From: Nitrosopumilaceae archaeon
GTDB lineage: Archaea > Thermoproteota > Nitrososphaeria > Nitrososphaerales > Nitrosopumilaceae
Direction: 5' to 3'
Assembly (NCBI GenBank): GCA_965208905.1
Contig: OZ242365.1
Location: 640,001-704,000, forward strand
DNA: 64,000 nt
Of this stretch, positions 20,330 through 30,437 are shown piece by piece (the first letter of the stretch is position 1; each line of letters opens with the position of its first letter). The translations under genes and the position numbers were made by a program. The notes beneath the pieces are model-generated. The model was given only the letters and a program-made list of their open reading frames with translations. It was not told where the DNA came from and searched no databases.

Positions 20330-20742
20330 TGATCACAATTAAAGATCTGCACTTTCTACTGAAAATAATTGAACAATCAGGTACTGTCGGGGGCCGCAAG
20401 AGATTCCAGAAAACCGTCTGTGTGTTGAAACACAGAGATGACATCCCACTGGGCTTTGATTTTGTTCCGTACTATTATGGCCCGTATTCAGAGACGCTTG
20501 CAGGAACGATCCAGTCTCTGGTAGGCGCCGGATATGTGTATGAAAAACCTGTGGAAATCGGAGTTGGGGTATTCAAGTACGAATATTCACTGACCGAACA
20601 AGGGAAGCAAGAGATACAGCACGTTGAAACAAAAGGCGATATCGGCGGTGTTTCAGTCAGCGATCTGCAAAACAAAATTGTTGAAATCAACAAAATGAAA
20701 CTAGATGACTTGGTGAGGCTTTCAAAAACCCTAGATTTATGA
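20329..20742 (+). CDS. YwgA-like winged-helix protein coupled to the HD gene
   Basis: GRKRFQKTV, F.PYYYGPYSE.L, Y.YSLTEQG; TAATG overlap with the HD stop. Confidence 0.75.
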   Translation: MITIKDLHFLLKIIEQSGTVGGRKRFQKTVCVLKHRDDIPLGFDFVPYYYGPYSETLAGTIQSLVGAGYVYEKPVEIGVGVFKYEYSLTEQGKQEIQHVETKGDIGGVSVSDLQNKIVEINKMKLDDLVRLSKTLDL

Positions 20743-20866
20743 ACAATACAATACCCAACGCCAAATGAGGCGTATGCCTAAACTCAACAATACAACCACG
20801 CATCTGTCCAAGAGTATACAATCCAAACACAAACAGCCATAAATCTCTAAAACCAGACATATAACT

Positions 20867-22039
20867 ATGCAAGTGGGACTGCTGGGCAAGGCTAATGTGG
20901 GCAAGTCAACCTTCTTTGCTGCAGCTACTGAGAGTGATGTCGCAACAGGAAACTTCCCATTTACAACCATATCCCCAAATGTGGGTGTGGCCCATGTTCG
21001 GGTTGAATGTCCATGTAAACACTTTGAGATGGAACACCCTAGTGACATATGCAATGATGGTACACGTCTGGTTCCAATAAAACTGATAGATGTGGCAGGC
21101 CTGGTACCAGGAGCCCACGCCGGCAAAGGACTAGGAAATCAATTTTTAGATGATGCTCGCCAAGCAGCCATACTGATACATGTGGTTGATGTTGCTGGCA
21201 GTACCGACATACAGGGGCAGCCCGTGCCACCCGGAACACATGACCCACTAAAGGATGTACAATTCATTCAAGAAGAGTTTGACATGTGGTTTCTAAATAT
21301 AATACAGCGAGAGTGGGACAAGCTATGCCGGGAAGTGAACCAAAAGAGGGTAAAGGTTGCAGAAGGCATAGCCAATCGCTTTACCGGACTTGGTGTGCGC
21401 CAGAGTGATGTGCAGTCCACACTACAGGAACTGAATCTAATCTCCAAGTCTCCAAAAGAGTGGTCTGATGATGATATACATGATATGGCGCGCCATCTAC
21501 GCCATTCTACAAAACCAATCCTGGTGGCCGCCAACAAGGCCGACTTGGCTGATAACCCAAATGTTATACCTGATGCAATTCCATGCAGTGCCGAGACCGA
21601 ACTGATACTTCGGCGCGCCGCAAAGGCCAAGATAATCTCGTATACCCCGGGAGATGCCTCCTTTGAATACATCTCACCCCAAATATCCGACCCACAAAGA
21701 AGGGCACTAAACATAGTAAAGTCCGTACTAGATAAACTCGGCTCCACAGGTATACAAAAGGCACTGAACTCGGCCATATTTGACAAGTTGAACCTAATCA
21801 CTGCATATCCTGTGGAGGATGAGACTCGTCTTACCAACAAGGATGGTGTCGTTCTTCCAGATGTGTTACTACTGCCACAAGGCTCTACGGCCAAGGATTT
21901 GGCATACATGGTACACACTGATATCGGAAAAGGATTTCTATACGGAATAGACTGCAAGACACATCAGCGAATAGGCGCCGATCACACAATACAAGATGGC
22001 GATGTCATAAAGATAGTATCTGCGGGGGCGAGAAATTAA
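20867..22039 (+). CDS. ychF: Redox-regulated ATPase/GTPase YchF (OBG family, TGS domain)
   Basis: GKANVGKST, FPFTT, DVAGLVPGA, ANKAD, C-terminal TGS. Confidence 0.95.
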   Translation: MQVGLLGKANVGKSTFFAAATESDVATGNFPFTTISPNVGVAHVRVECPCKHFEMEHPSDICNDGTRLVPIKLIDVAGLVPGAHAGKGLGNQFLDDARQAAILIHVVDVAGSTDIQGQPVPPGTHDPLKDVQFIQEEFDMWFLNIIQREWDKLCREVNQKRVKVAEGIANRFTGLGVRQSDVQSTLQELNLISKSPKEWSDDDIHDMARHLRHSTKPILVAANKADLADNPNVIPDAIPCSAETELILRRAAKAKIISYTPGDASFEYISPQISDPQRRALNIVKSVLDKLGSTGIQKALNSAIFDKLNLITAYPVEDETRLTNKDGVVLPDVLLLPQGSTAKDLAYMVHTDIGKGFLYGIDCKTHQRIGADHTIQDGDVIKIVSAGARN

Positions 22040-22040
22040 A

Positions 22041-23033
22041 CTGATCACGCTGGGAATTGAGAGCACTGCGCACACTATCTCCTGCGGAATACTACACAAC
22101 AATACCATACTATCTGATGTGCGCAGCATATATCGCCCACCTCAAGGAGAAGGAATACATCCCCGGGAAGCATCCCGGCACCATGTAGAGAAGGGACCCG
22201 GCGTCCTTGCAGAGTGCCTAAAAGAGGCTGGCATAAGCATGAATGATGTAGATGTCATATCCTATGCTGGCGGACCAGGTCTTGGTCCCTGCCTGCGGGT
22301 GGGTGCCGTGATGGCCCGTGCACTTTCTATACATTACAAGACACCCATCTATCCGGTACACCATGCCATAGGGCATATAGATTTAGGGAGGATACTGACA
22401 GGCGCCACAGACCCGCTTGTATTATTGGTCTCTGGAGGTCATACGATGATTCTAGCATTTTTGTCAGGACAGTGGCGAGTCTTTGGAGAGACGCTGGACA
22501 TAACACTGGGTCAACTGCTGGATCAATTTGGTCGCTCGCTGGGATTAGCCTCCCCATGTGGCCAAAAGATAGAAAGAATGGCGCAGCAGGATGAAGTATA
22601 CGCCGCGCTGCCCTATACTGTACGGGGCAATGATGTCTCATTCTCAGGGCTACTATCCGCAGCAAAGTCCCTTACCAAGTCAGTGGGGAATGATCGCACA
22701 TGCTACTCATTACAAGAGACCGCTTTTGCCATGATCGCCGAAGCCGTAGAAAGGGCCCTGTCTCTCACAGGAAAGACAGAGTTGATGATTGTGGGGGGAG
22801 TAGCCGCCAACCAGAGACTCTCAAGTATGCTGCATGAGGCCTGCAGCCGTCATGACTGTACGTTCTATGCAGTGCCGCCCAAGTATGCTGGTGACTGTGG
22901 CATACAGATAGCTGCCACTGGAATGCTGGAGTCCACAGTAAAGAACCCAGCCCGTATACAGGACACGTTCATCCAACAGTCATGGAGGCTGGACTCTGTC
23001 GTTATACACTATTCTGCATCCATGGCATCCTGA
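22041..23033 (+). CDS. kae1: KEOPS t6A synthase Kae1
   Basis: LGIESTAHT (in frame upstream of the GTG in the ORF track), GIHPREA, GPGLGPCL, VHHAIGH, LLVSGGHT, GGVAAN. Confidence 0.93.
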   Translation: MITLGIESTAHTISCGILHNNTILSDVRSIYRPPQGEGIHPREASRHHVEKGPGVLAECLKEAGISMNDVDVISYAGGPGLGPCLRVGAVMARALSIHYKTPIYPVHHAIGHIDLGRILTGATDPLVLLVSGGHTMILAFLSGQWRVFGETLDITLGQLLDQFGRSLGLASPCGQKIERMAQQDEVYAALPYTVRGNDVSFSGLLSAAKSLTKSVGNDRTCYSLQETAFAMIAEAVERALSLTGKTELMIVGGVAANQRLSSMLHEACSRHDCTFYAVPPKYAGDCGIQIAATGMLESTVKNPARIQDTFIQQSWRLDSVVIHYSASMAS

Positions 23034-23314
23034 ATTGCATCTGTCCATCCTCCTGGACTTAGAACGCCAAACTTGTAGGTGTCTTTCCCCACCAAAATAC
23101 ACGTCTTCTTCATCAGTAACCCCTCTTTCCAGACCTTTTTGACATCCGATAATGGTACGTCAATTATGGTATCGCCCATGTGCTTTGAAAAGTCCATAAT
23201 TCTGGCCCGGGTCTTGTCAAAAGCTATGCGTCTGTTTGTCAATGTCAGTATGCCAGCACCCAATTTGTCTTCATGGCAGTCTTCCTGACGGAGTTTCTTT
23301 TCACCCTCTTCCAT
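23009..23314 (-). CDS. Small PH/GRAM-like domain protein
   Basis: GILTLTNRRIAF..IIDVPLSDV pattern; ATG at 23314. Confidence 0.65.
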   Translation of the reverse strand: MEEGEKKLRQEDCHEDKLGAGILTLTNRRIAFDKTRARIMDFSKHMGDTIIDVPLSDVKKVWKEGLLMKKTCILVGKDTYKFGVLSPGGWTDAIQDAMDAE

Positions 23315-23494
23315 TCTGTGTTGTATATGTGTGGATACATTATAAAGCTCTTTGCGCAAGACCAGCAGAGTATAGCGTCTTAAAAAATAACACTGCCAAG
23401 ATGTTTAATATTATAAAGTCCAGACTATCGGCGTGGAGATTCTTCAATATGTACACCTACACTGATTAAATATGCCTCATACCAACTGGGCGAT

Positions 23495-24106
23495 GTGCAA
23501 CTGATAAAACGAGGAGCCGAAGCCGACATATATCGCGCACAGTGGTTTGGCAGAGATGCCATTCTAAAGACACGCAACCCCAAATCATACAGGAACATTG
23601 AGCTGGATACGCGACTTCGCCGCCAAAGAACCATTCGCGAAGCTAACATGCTACATTTGGTAAAGTCGCTAGGCATACACTCGCCTCTGGTATACTTTGT
23701 CAACACCAAACAACACACAATAGTCATGCAGTACATTGAGGGCAAGTCCATTCACTCTCTAAATAATAGTGAGATTCTATCCCACTGTGATCTGATGGGC
23801 CAATACACCGGACTACTGCATTCTGCTGGTATAATGCATGGCGACCTTACCACCTCCAACTTTCTGTACGGTGATAGATTATACCTGATAGATATGGGCC
23901 TCTCGTCCCGTACTACAAAGCCCGAAGACTGGGCTGTTGACATGCGGCTTATAAAAGAGATATTCAATAGTGCCCACGCTGATATAGTACACGAGGCGTG
24001 GGATAAATTAACAAGTGGATACGCCAAGACAATGCCCCAATGGAGACGTGTTCTAAAGATAACGTCGGATATAGAGCAACGTGGGAGGTATGCCCGAGTT
24101 GTCTGA
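23495..24106 (+). CDS. bud32: KEOPS kinase/ATPase Bud32
   Basis: KRGAEA, HGDLTTSN, IDMGLS. Confidence 0.93.
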   Translation: MQLIKRGAEADIYRAQWFGRDAILKTRNPKSYRNIELDTRLRRQRTIREANMLHLVKSLGIHSPLVYFVNTKQHTIVMQYIEGKSIHSLNNSEILSHCDLMGQYTGLLHSAGIMHGDLTTSNFLYGDRLYLIDMGLSSRTTKPEDWAVDMRLIKEIFNSAHADIVHEAWDKLTSGYAKTMPQWRRVLKITSDIEQRGRYARVV

Positions 24107-24647
24107 TGTATACTTTGTATCATCAAACCATCATAAGTTTCAAGAGGTGCATAGTATACTGGACAGACTACACATAACGGTCCGATATAACAAAGCAACG
24201 CTACCCGAGATACAGTCTGCATCATTATACGATATAGCCCGCCATAAGGCTGCGCATGCCTACACACTACTGAGTAGTCCGGTAATAGTCGAAGATGCAG
24301 GTCTGTTTATAGACGAACTGAATGGGTTTCCTGGACCCTACTCTTCTTTTGTGTTTGATACCATAGGAAATGAGGGCATACTGAATTTGGTAAAGTCAGA
24401 TAGAAGTGCAACGTTTTCATCTGTGGTCGCGTACAGTGATGGCCACACACAAAAGTGTTTTTCAGGCAATATACATGGTATGATATCAAAAGAGATTATG
24501 GGTACGGGGTGGGGCTATGATCCTATATTTGTCCCTGACGGCTCGGATAGTACATTGGCCCAGCTAGACAAAGACTCGCTCTCACATAGACATCTATCTT
24601 TGGAGTCGTTTGCTGCATGGTTTACATCCCATCAACGAACCATCTAG
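24090..24647 (+). CDS. rdgB: Non-canonical purine NTP pyrophosphatase (HAM1/RdgB)
   Basis: SSNHHKFQE, EDAGLFI, GFPGPYS, GWGYDPIF, SHR. Confidence 0.93.
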   Translation: MPELSDVYFVSSNHHKFQEVHSILDRLHITVRYNKATLPEIQSASLYDIARHKAAHAYTLLSSPVIVEDAGLFIDELNGFPGPYSSFVFDTIGNEGILNLVKSDRSATFSSVVAYSDGHTQKCFSGNIHGMISKEIMGTGWGYDPIFVPDGSDSTLAQLDKDSLSHRHLSLESFAAWFTSHQRTI

Positions 24648-24742
24648 TTTGGGTTCCTACCGCACAACAGTGGTGTATCAGACACTTGCATTTTAGTAAG
24701 TTGGGCTGTACTGTCTTTGTATATTAGCTCCAAAAATTCACC

Positions 24743-25786
24743 TGTATTATGTCGAAATTATTTCGCCTAGTCATCGGTGTCCCTCTCCATCCATTCTAAG
24801 TCACTCTTCCTGACATCATCTGGTACTTTTTTGTTGTGAAATGCCTGTAGCGGGGTCTCGCCATTGTTTATGTCTAAAGACCAGTGCAGTCGCACCTCGT
24901 TGTAGTACGCGACAAACTCCGCTAGGCTGCCAAAATGACATAGTTCTTCTTCCAAGGTGCGGTGGAACCGTTCAAGCTTGCCGTTTGTTTGTGGGTGGTA
25001 GGGGCGGGTGTTGATCAACTCAATACCCCGGTCAAGCAGCTCTGCCTCAAATATAGTGGGGGTCCATGATTTTGCAGGAATCTTTCTTCTCACACCCACA
25101 AAGCACGATCCGTTGTCGGAGAGTATGGTGGCCGGGGTTCCAAACTCAACAATGCTATTTTGCAGGACTGTTACCGCGTTCTCGGATGTGGCCCCCTTGA
25201 ATATCATGGCTCCAACCACACATCTTGACGCATCATCAAGATATGTGATTAATTGGTAGCCTTGAAAACGTGGATCTTTCATCGCATGCCAGTCCGTATG
25301 CCACATCGCATTGGAGTATCTGCGCTCATAGCGTATCCATTTACGCCTGCGCGATTTTGCTGCAGATGGAGTGACCATATTGTTTTCTTTCATGATTGTG
25401 TATACCGTTTTTTCACTTATTTGTATGCCCTTGTGATTTAAGTACTTGGTGATCCTTGTGACGCCTGCTGGCATTATACGATGTGCTGCTAGTACGACGT
25501 TGGTTTGCTCCTCGGTGGGAGGAATCTTGGGTCTGCCTGGCATTTGTAGTGTGGGAATCTTGCCCGTTGCACGATACATTGCCCAGAGTTGTTGTACGCG
25601 TCTCTGGCTAATCTTCATCTCTGTAGCAATGTGTGATGTACTACTACCTTTCCTGCATTGTCGAATGATATAATCTATCTGCTTCTGTGTCAGATTGACT
25701 CTCATGGGTTTGCGTGATCTATATAGACTAAAATATTCTTTGGTTGGCAGTCTAAAGTTAGGGCGAACTAATTTCCGCACAATAGA
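24743..25786 (-). mobile_element. IS481-family element (1044 bp) with a 16-bp target site duplication
   Basis: TIRs TGTATTATGTCGAAATTATTTCGCC / TCTATTGTGCGGAAATTAGTTCGCC; direct repeat GCTCCAAAAATTCACC at 24727-24742 and 25787-25802. Confidence 0.9.
24767..25751 (-). CDS. IS481-family DDE transposase
   Basis: WHTDW, DDASR, ILSDNG, HPQTNGKLERF; start uncertain (ATG 25705 or an upstream non-ATG codon, since KEYF.LYRSRK is conserved with the other copy). Confidence 0.9.
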
Positions 25787-25840
25787 GCTCCAAAAATTCA
25801 CCCAACAAGTTTAATAACAGGATTGGCAGTCTCTTAAATT

Positions 25841-28282
25841 ATGTTAGCGCGGCATAATTCGTTTGGGTTTTACATTGCTTTACTAGCAGTAGTCTTCTCT
25901 GTCCCACTTGGTGGTGCATACGCTGAATCCGATATAGATAAAGACGGTATAGATGATTCAATAGACAAGTGTCCAAACCTGCAAGAGGACTATCAAAAAG
26001 CACTAGATGGATGTCCATCCGACTATGTGCCTTGGTACGATGAGGATGGCGATGGTATTGAGGATGAGTTGGACCAGTGCCCGGACCAGATGGAGCGCTA
26101 CAACCAATTTCAGGATACGGACGGCTGTCCTGATACTGTTCCTGGCTCAGGAGAGTTTGGGCTCCCGGACAGTGATCAAGACCGTATAGTGGACCTGATA
26201 GACTTGTGTCCCACACAAGCCGAGAACTATAACGGCATTCAGGATACAGATGGCTGCCCGGACGATTACATAATAAGTAATGATATGGATCAAGACGGTA
26301 TACCAGATGCCCTTGATCACTGCCCTACACTAGATGAGGTATACAACAGATTCATGGATACGGACGGCTGTCCTGATGAGCTCCAAGACCCCCGCATGAT
26401 AGATACCGATGGGGATGGAATACCCGATATGTTTGACTTTTGTGTAACTGAAAGAGAGACCATGAACAACTACCGGGATGCAGATGGTTGCCCGGACACC
26501 ACAAACGGTGGAGTGTTCACCGATACTGATGCTGATGGTGTTGCAGACAGATATGATATCTGTCCCAACGAGCCTGAAACCATAAATCACTATGCTGATT
26601 ATGATGGGTGCCCAGACAGTCTGCCCAACATACTAGGTCCTCCAGATGATGCCGATGGAGATCAAGTACCTGATGGAGTAGATGAGTGCCCACTAGAGCC
26701 GGAACGCTACAACAGATATCAGGATGATGATGGATGTCCTGATATACCACCATACCAGTCCAGCTTGGATGTGGACCGAGACGGTATAATAGACTCACAA
26801 GACCAATGTAAGAATGCCCCCGAAACCTACAACTACTTTGAGGATGCCGATGGCTGCCCTGACTTTGTAGGCGAGGAGTTTGTAATACCCGACAGCGATA
26901 ATGATACAATCGATGATCTAAACGATCACTGCCCCTCCCAAGCCGAAGTATTCAATGGAGTATATGATCATGATGGCTGTCCAGACTCATTTAACACACC
27001 AGACAGGGATCACGACGGATTACCTGACTCAATAGATGCCTGCCCACTACTACGAGAGACATACAACCACATTCAGGATGATGATGGCTGTCCCGAAGAG
27101 GATCCAGGCCTTGGATTTTTGGACTTTGATGATGACCGCATAGGCGACCTAGATGACAAATGCCCCACACAACCTGAGACTCACAATGGCTATCTTGATG
27201 CTGATGGCTGTCCAGACTCATTATTGGCTGATGAGGACGCTGATGGCATACCAGATACAATAGACCAATGCCCCACCACCGCAGAGGTTTGGAACCAATT
27301 CTTTGACTCGGACGGGTGTCCTGATGCGCCCGGCGAGGCCGACACCGACTTTGATGGGATACCTGATAGTGTAGATGAGTGTCCCACCGAGCGTGAGCGA
27401 TTCAACTCGTATCAGGATGAGGATGGCTGTCCCGACTTTGAGCCCTTTATAATAGACTATGATACTGACTTTGATGGCATACCAAACTCAATTGACGACT
27501 GCCCACTAGTTCGTGAGAACTACAACGGATACCAGGATGAGGATGGCTGCCAGGATACTAGGCTTGATGGCAGTACAGTTCCAGACTCGGATGGTGATGG
27601 CATAGCAGACTATGTTGACTTGTGTCCCACCCAGGCTGAAACATTCAACGGCGTATTGGACTTTGATGGCTGTCCGGATCACTACAGTGTGATTCGCGAT
27701 CGTGACTTTGATGGTGTTATTGATGATATAGACCAATGTCCACTAGTTGCTGAGGTGTACAACCGGTATCAAGATGCTGATGGCTGCCCTGATGTCATAC
27801 ACGACTCGCTGATTGTGGATTCGGATAGTGATGGTATAGATGACCGGGATGACTCTTGTCCACTACAACCTGAAGTGTATAACGGCTTTGAAGATACAGA
27901 CGGTTGTCCAGATACAGATGAGAGACTACCGGATACTGATGGTGATGGTGTCCCGGACATATTGGACCTGTGCCCAGACAGCAATGAAATATGGAACAGA
28001 TATCAAGACCTAGATGGCTGCCCCGATGAAGTACCCGATGTACCGCAATCCAACGATACCGATGATGATGGCCTCCCAGACAATATCGATATGTGTCCCA
28101 CCGAGAAAGAGGTCTGGAACAAGTATGAAGATGCTGATGGCTGTCCGGATGTAGTTCCAGAGCAGTCCCGTTACAAGCACGATCTTGACCTGGATGGCAT
28201 ACTAAATTCCAATGACGCGTGTCCCTTGGAGTCTGAAGACTATGACGGAGTTGAGGATACAGATGGCTGCCCGGATCCATAG
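25841..28282 (+). CDS. Secreted thrombospondin type-3 repeat (Ca-binding) protein, copy 1
   Basis: Signal peptide; about 20 repeats of DxDxDGIxDxxDxCPxxxExxNxxxDxDGCPD. Confidence 0.9.
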   Translation: MLARHNSFGFYIALLAVVFSVPLGGAYAESDIDKDGIDDSIDKCPNLQEDYQKALDGCPSDYVPWYDEDGDGIEDELDQCPDQMERYNQFQDTDGCPDTVPGSGEFGLPDSDQDRIVDLIDLCPTQAENYNGIQDTDGCPDDYIISNDMDQDGIPDALDHCPTLDEVYNRFMDTDGCPDELQDPRMIDTDGDGIPDMFDFCVTERETMNNYRDADGCPDTTNGGVFTDTDADGVADRYDICPNEPETINHYADYDGCPDSLPNILGPPDDADGDQVPDGVDECPLEPERYNRYQDDDGCPDIPPYQSSLDVDRDGIIDSQDQCKNAPETYNYFEDADGCPDFVGEEFVIPDSDNDTIDDLNDHCPSQAEVFNGVYDHDGCPDSFNTPDRDHDGLPDSIDACPLLRETYNHIQDDDGCPEEDPGLGFLDFDDDRIGDLDDKCPTQPETHNGYLDADGCPDSLLADEDADGIPDTIDQCPTTAEVWNQFFDSDGCPDAPGEADTDFDGIPDSVDECPTERERFNSYQDEDGCPDFEPFIIDYDTDFDGIPNSIDDCPLVRENYNGYQDEDGCQDTRLDGSTVPDSDGDGIADYVDLCPTQAETFNGVLDFDGCPDHYSVIRDRDFDGVIDDIDQCPLVAEVYNRYQDADGCPDVIHDSLIVDSDSDGIDDRDDSCPLQPEVYNGFEDTDGCPDTDERLPDTDGDGVPDILDLCPDSNEIWNRYQDLDGCPDEVPDVPQSNDTDDDGLPDNIDMCPTEKEVWNKYEDADGCPDVVPEQSRYKHDLDLDGILNSNDACPLESEDYDGVEDTDGCPDP

Positions 28283-28286
28283 AACA

Positions 28287-30437
28287 ATGACGTATCATGT
28301 CTGGGCTCTAGGAATACTGATACTCACCATAGGTATGATACCCGCATATGCTGCCCCTGTAAGTGATATAGATGATGATGGCATACCAAACAGCGAAGAT
28401 CAGTGCCCGCATATACCCGAAGACTACGATGGGGACGTAACAGACGGCTGCCCTTCTAACTTTGTCCCCTGGTATGATGCTGACTATGATGCTATTCAAG
28501 ACCATCTGGACTTGTGTCCCACGGTCCGCGAGAACTATAATTTATTTAATGATGCTGACGGCTGCCCGGACTCGTCCCCCGCAGACCCGTTTACCATAGT
28601 TGATACTGATGTTGATGGCTTTGTGGATAATATTGACCTATGTCCCACGGCACCCGAGACATTCAACGGCATAGATGATGCTGACGGCTGCCCGGATGAT
28701 GTCAGCGTACTGCGGGATTCGGATGGTGATGGCCTGTCTGATAATGTGGACATGTGCCCCATGCTTCAGGAGACATACAATAGGTATATGGATGCTGACG
28801 GCTGCCCGGATGACGTTACAAACCCCACATCTGAATTCACTTTCCCAGATACTGATGGTGACAATATAGAAGACCGATGGGACTCGTGTGTTGATGAGCC
28901 TGAAAACTTTAACAACTATCTGGACTGGGATGGCTGCGCAGACGTACGGCCTCCGGATCACACACCCATTCCAGATACAGACTATGATGGATTTGCTGAT
29001 GATGTGGACATGTGCCCGGACCGGCGTGAAAACTTTAACAAATTTGAGGATACAGATGGCTGCCCAGACAAATTGGACTTGCCGTTTGTGGGAGACCAAG
29101 ACAATGATGGTATTCTAGACAATGTAGATGCGTGTGTGTACATGAGAGAGGTATACAACATGTTTGAGGATACAGACGGCTGCCCAGACATGATAACTCA
29201 GGAGGCCTCCACCTCGGATACTGACAATGATGGTTTGATAGACAGCATTGATCTCTGCCCCTCGCAGCCTGAAACTGAGAACGACTACCAAGACGGTGAC
29301 GGTTGCCCGGACACCAACGACAACTCACACGACTCAGATCGTGATGGCATAATTGATATGCATGACTCTTGTCCCACCCAGCCTGAGTCATACAACAGAT
29401 ATCAAGATACAGATGGCTGCCCGGACAGCGTGGATACATCCCGCGAAGTATTCCTATTCCCAGATACTGATGGCGATGGTATAGAAGACCGCTGGGACTC
29501 GTGCTTGGACGAGGCTGAAAACTACAATAACTATCTGGATTGGGATGGTTGTCCTGATGAGGAAGGAACCAGTACGGCCCAGCCACTAGATTCTGACTAT
29601 GACGGCATATATGATTCGGTTGATCAATGTCCAGACAGTGCTGAACGCTACAACGACTATCTAGATACAGATGGCTGTCCTGACCTGCCACCATTGAGGG
29701 GGCCGGTACTTGACAGTGACTCTGATGGCATACTAGATACAGCAGATGAGTGTCCAAATGCTCCTGAGACATACAACAGATACATGGACTCGGATGGCTG
29801 TCCAGATTGGCTTGCGAACTTTAGAAGTACCGCGGATAGCGACTCTGATGGCATAATTGATATCTTGGATTTATGTCCCAGTCAGTCTGAGAACTTTAAT
29901 GGAATACAGGATACAGATGGCTGCCCTGACGACTATCCCTCGACCTTTGATAGCGACTCTGATGGCGTATCAAACGAACACGACTTGTGTCCCCATATGC
30001 CTGAGACCTATAATAGGTATCAGGATACAGATGGCTGCCCGGACACTGTAGAATTTACATGGACATTATTTACATTTCCTGATGCAGATGGTGATGGAAT
30101 AGATGACCGCTGGGATGCATGTGTCGATGAGGCCGAAAATTATAACGGCTATCTGGACTGGGACGGCTGCCCGGATGTGCGAGCTGCCGGCTCTACATCG
30201 TTGACCATAGTAGACACAGACAATGATGGCTATGTTGATGTGGTGGATTTGTGTCCACTACACCCTGAAACCTGGAATAAATACAATGATCTTGATGGCT
30301 GCCCAGATGTCACCCCCGAACAAGCCCGATTTATACATGATGCGGACCTTGATGGTATCATAGACAACGATGATCAATGCCCTAATATACCAGAAGACTA
30401 TAACGGTATTGAGGATGATGACGGCTGCCCAGAGTAA
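28287..30437 (+). CDS. Secreted thrombospondin type-3 repeat protein, copy 2
   Basis: Start reassigned to ATG 28287 (MTYHVWALGILILTIGMIPAYA signal peptide); same repeat unit. Confidence 0.9.
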   Translation: MTYHVWALGILILTIGMIPAYAAPVSDIDDDGIPNSEDQCPHIPEDYDGDVTDGCPSNFVPWYDADYDAIQDHLDLCPTVRENYNLFNDADGCPDSSPADPFTIVDTDVDGFVDNIDLCPTAPETFNGIDDADGCPDDVSVLRDSDGDGLSDNVDMCPMLQETYNRYMDADGCPDDVTNPTSEFTFPDTDGDNIEDRWDSCVDEPENFNNYLDWDGCADVRPPDHTPIPDTDYDGFADDVDMCPDRRENFNKFEDTDGCPDKLDLPFVGDQDNDGILDNVDACVYMREVYNMFEDTDGCPDMITQEASTSDTDNDGLIDSIDLCPSQPETENDYQDGDGCPDTNDNSHDSDRDGIIDMHDSCPTQPESYNRYQDTDGCPDSVDTSREVFLFPDTDGDGIEDRWDSCLDEAENYNNYLDWDGCPDEEGTSTAQPLDSDYDGIYDSVDQCPDSAERYNDYLDTDGCPDLPPLRGPVLDSDSDGILDTADECPNAPETYNRYMDSDGCPDWLANFRSTADSDSDGIIDILDLCPSQSENFNGIQDTDGCPDDYPSTFDSDSDGVSNEHDLCPHMPETYNRYQDTDGCPDTVEFTWTLFTFPDADGDGIDDRWDACVDEAENYNGYLDWDGCPDVRAAGSTSLTIVDTDNDGYVDVVDLCPLHPETWNKYNDLDGCPDVTPEQARFIHDADLDGIIDNDDQCPNIPEDYNGIEDDDGCPE

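Noticed and set aside
24621-24742. Small Cys-rich reading (KCKCLIHHCCAVGTQTRWFVDGM) at the IS481 target site
   Set aside because: It may be a small gene disrupted by the IS, but I could not reconstruct a continuous frame with a start codon
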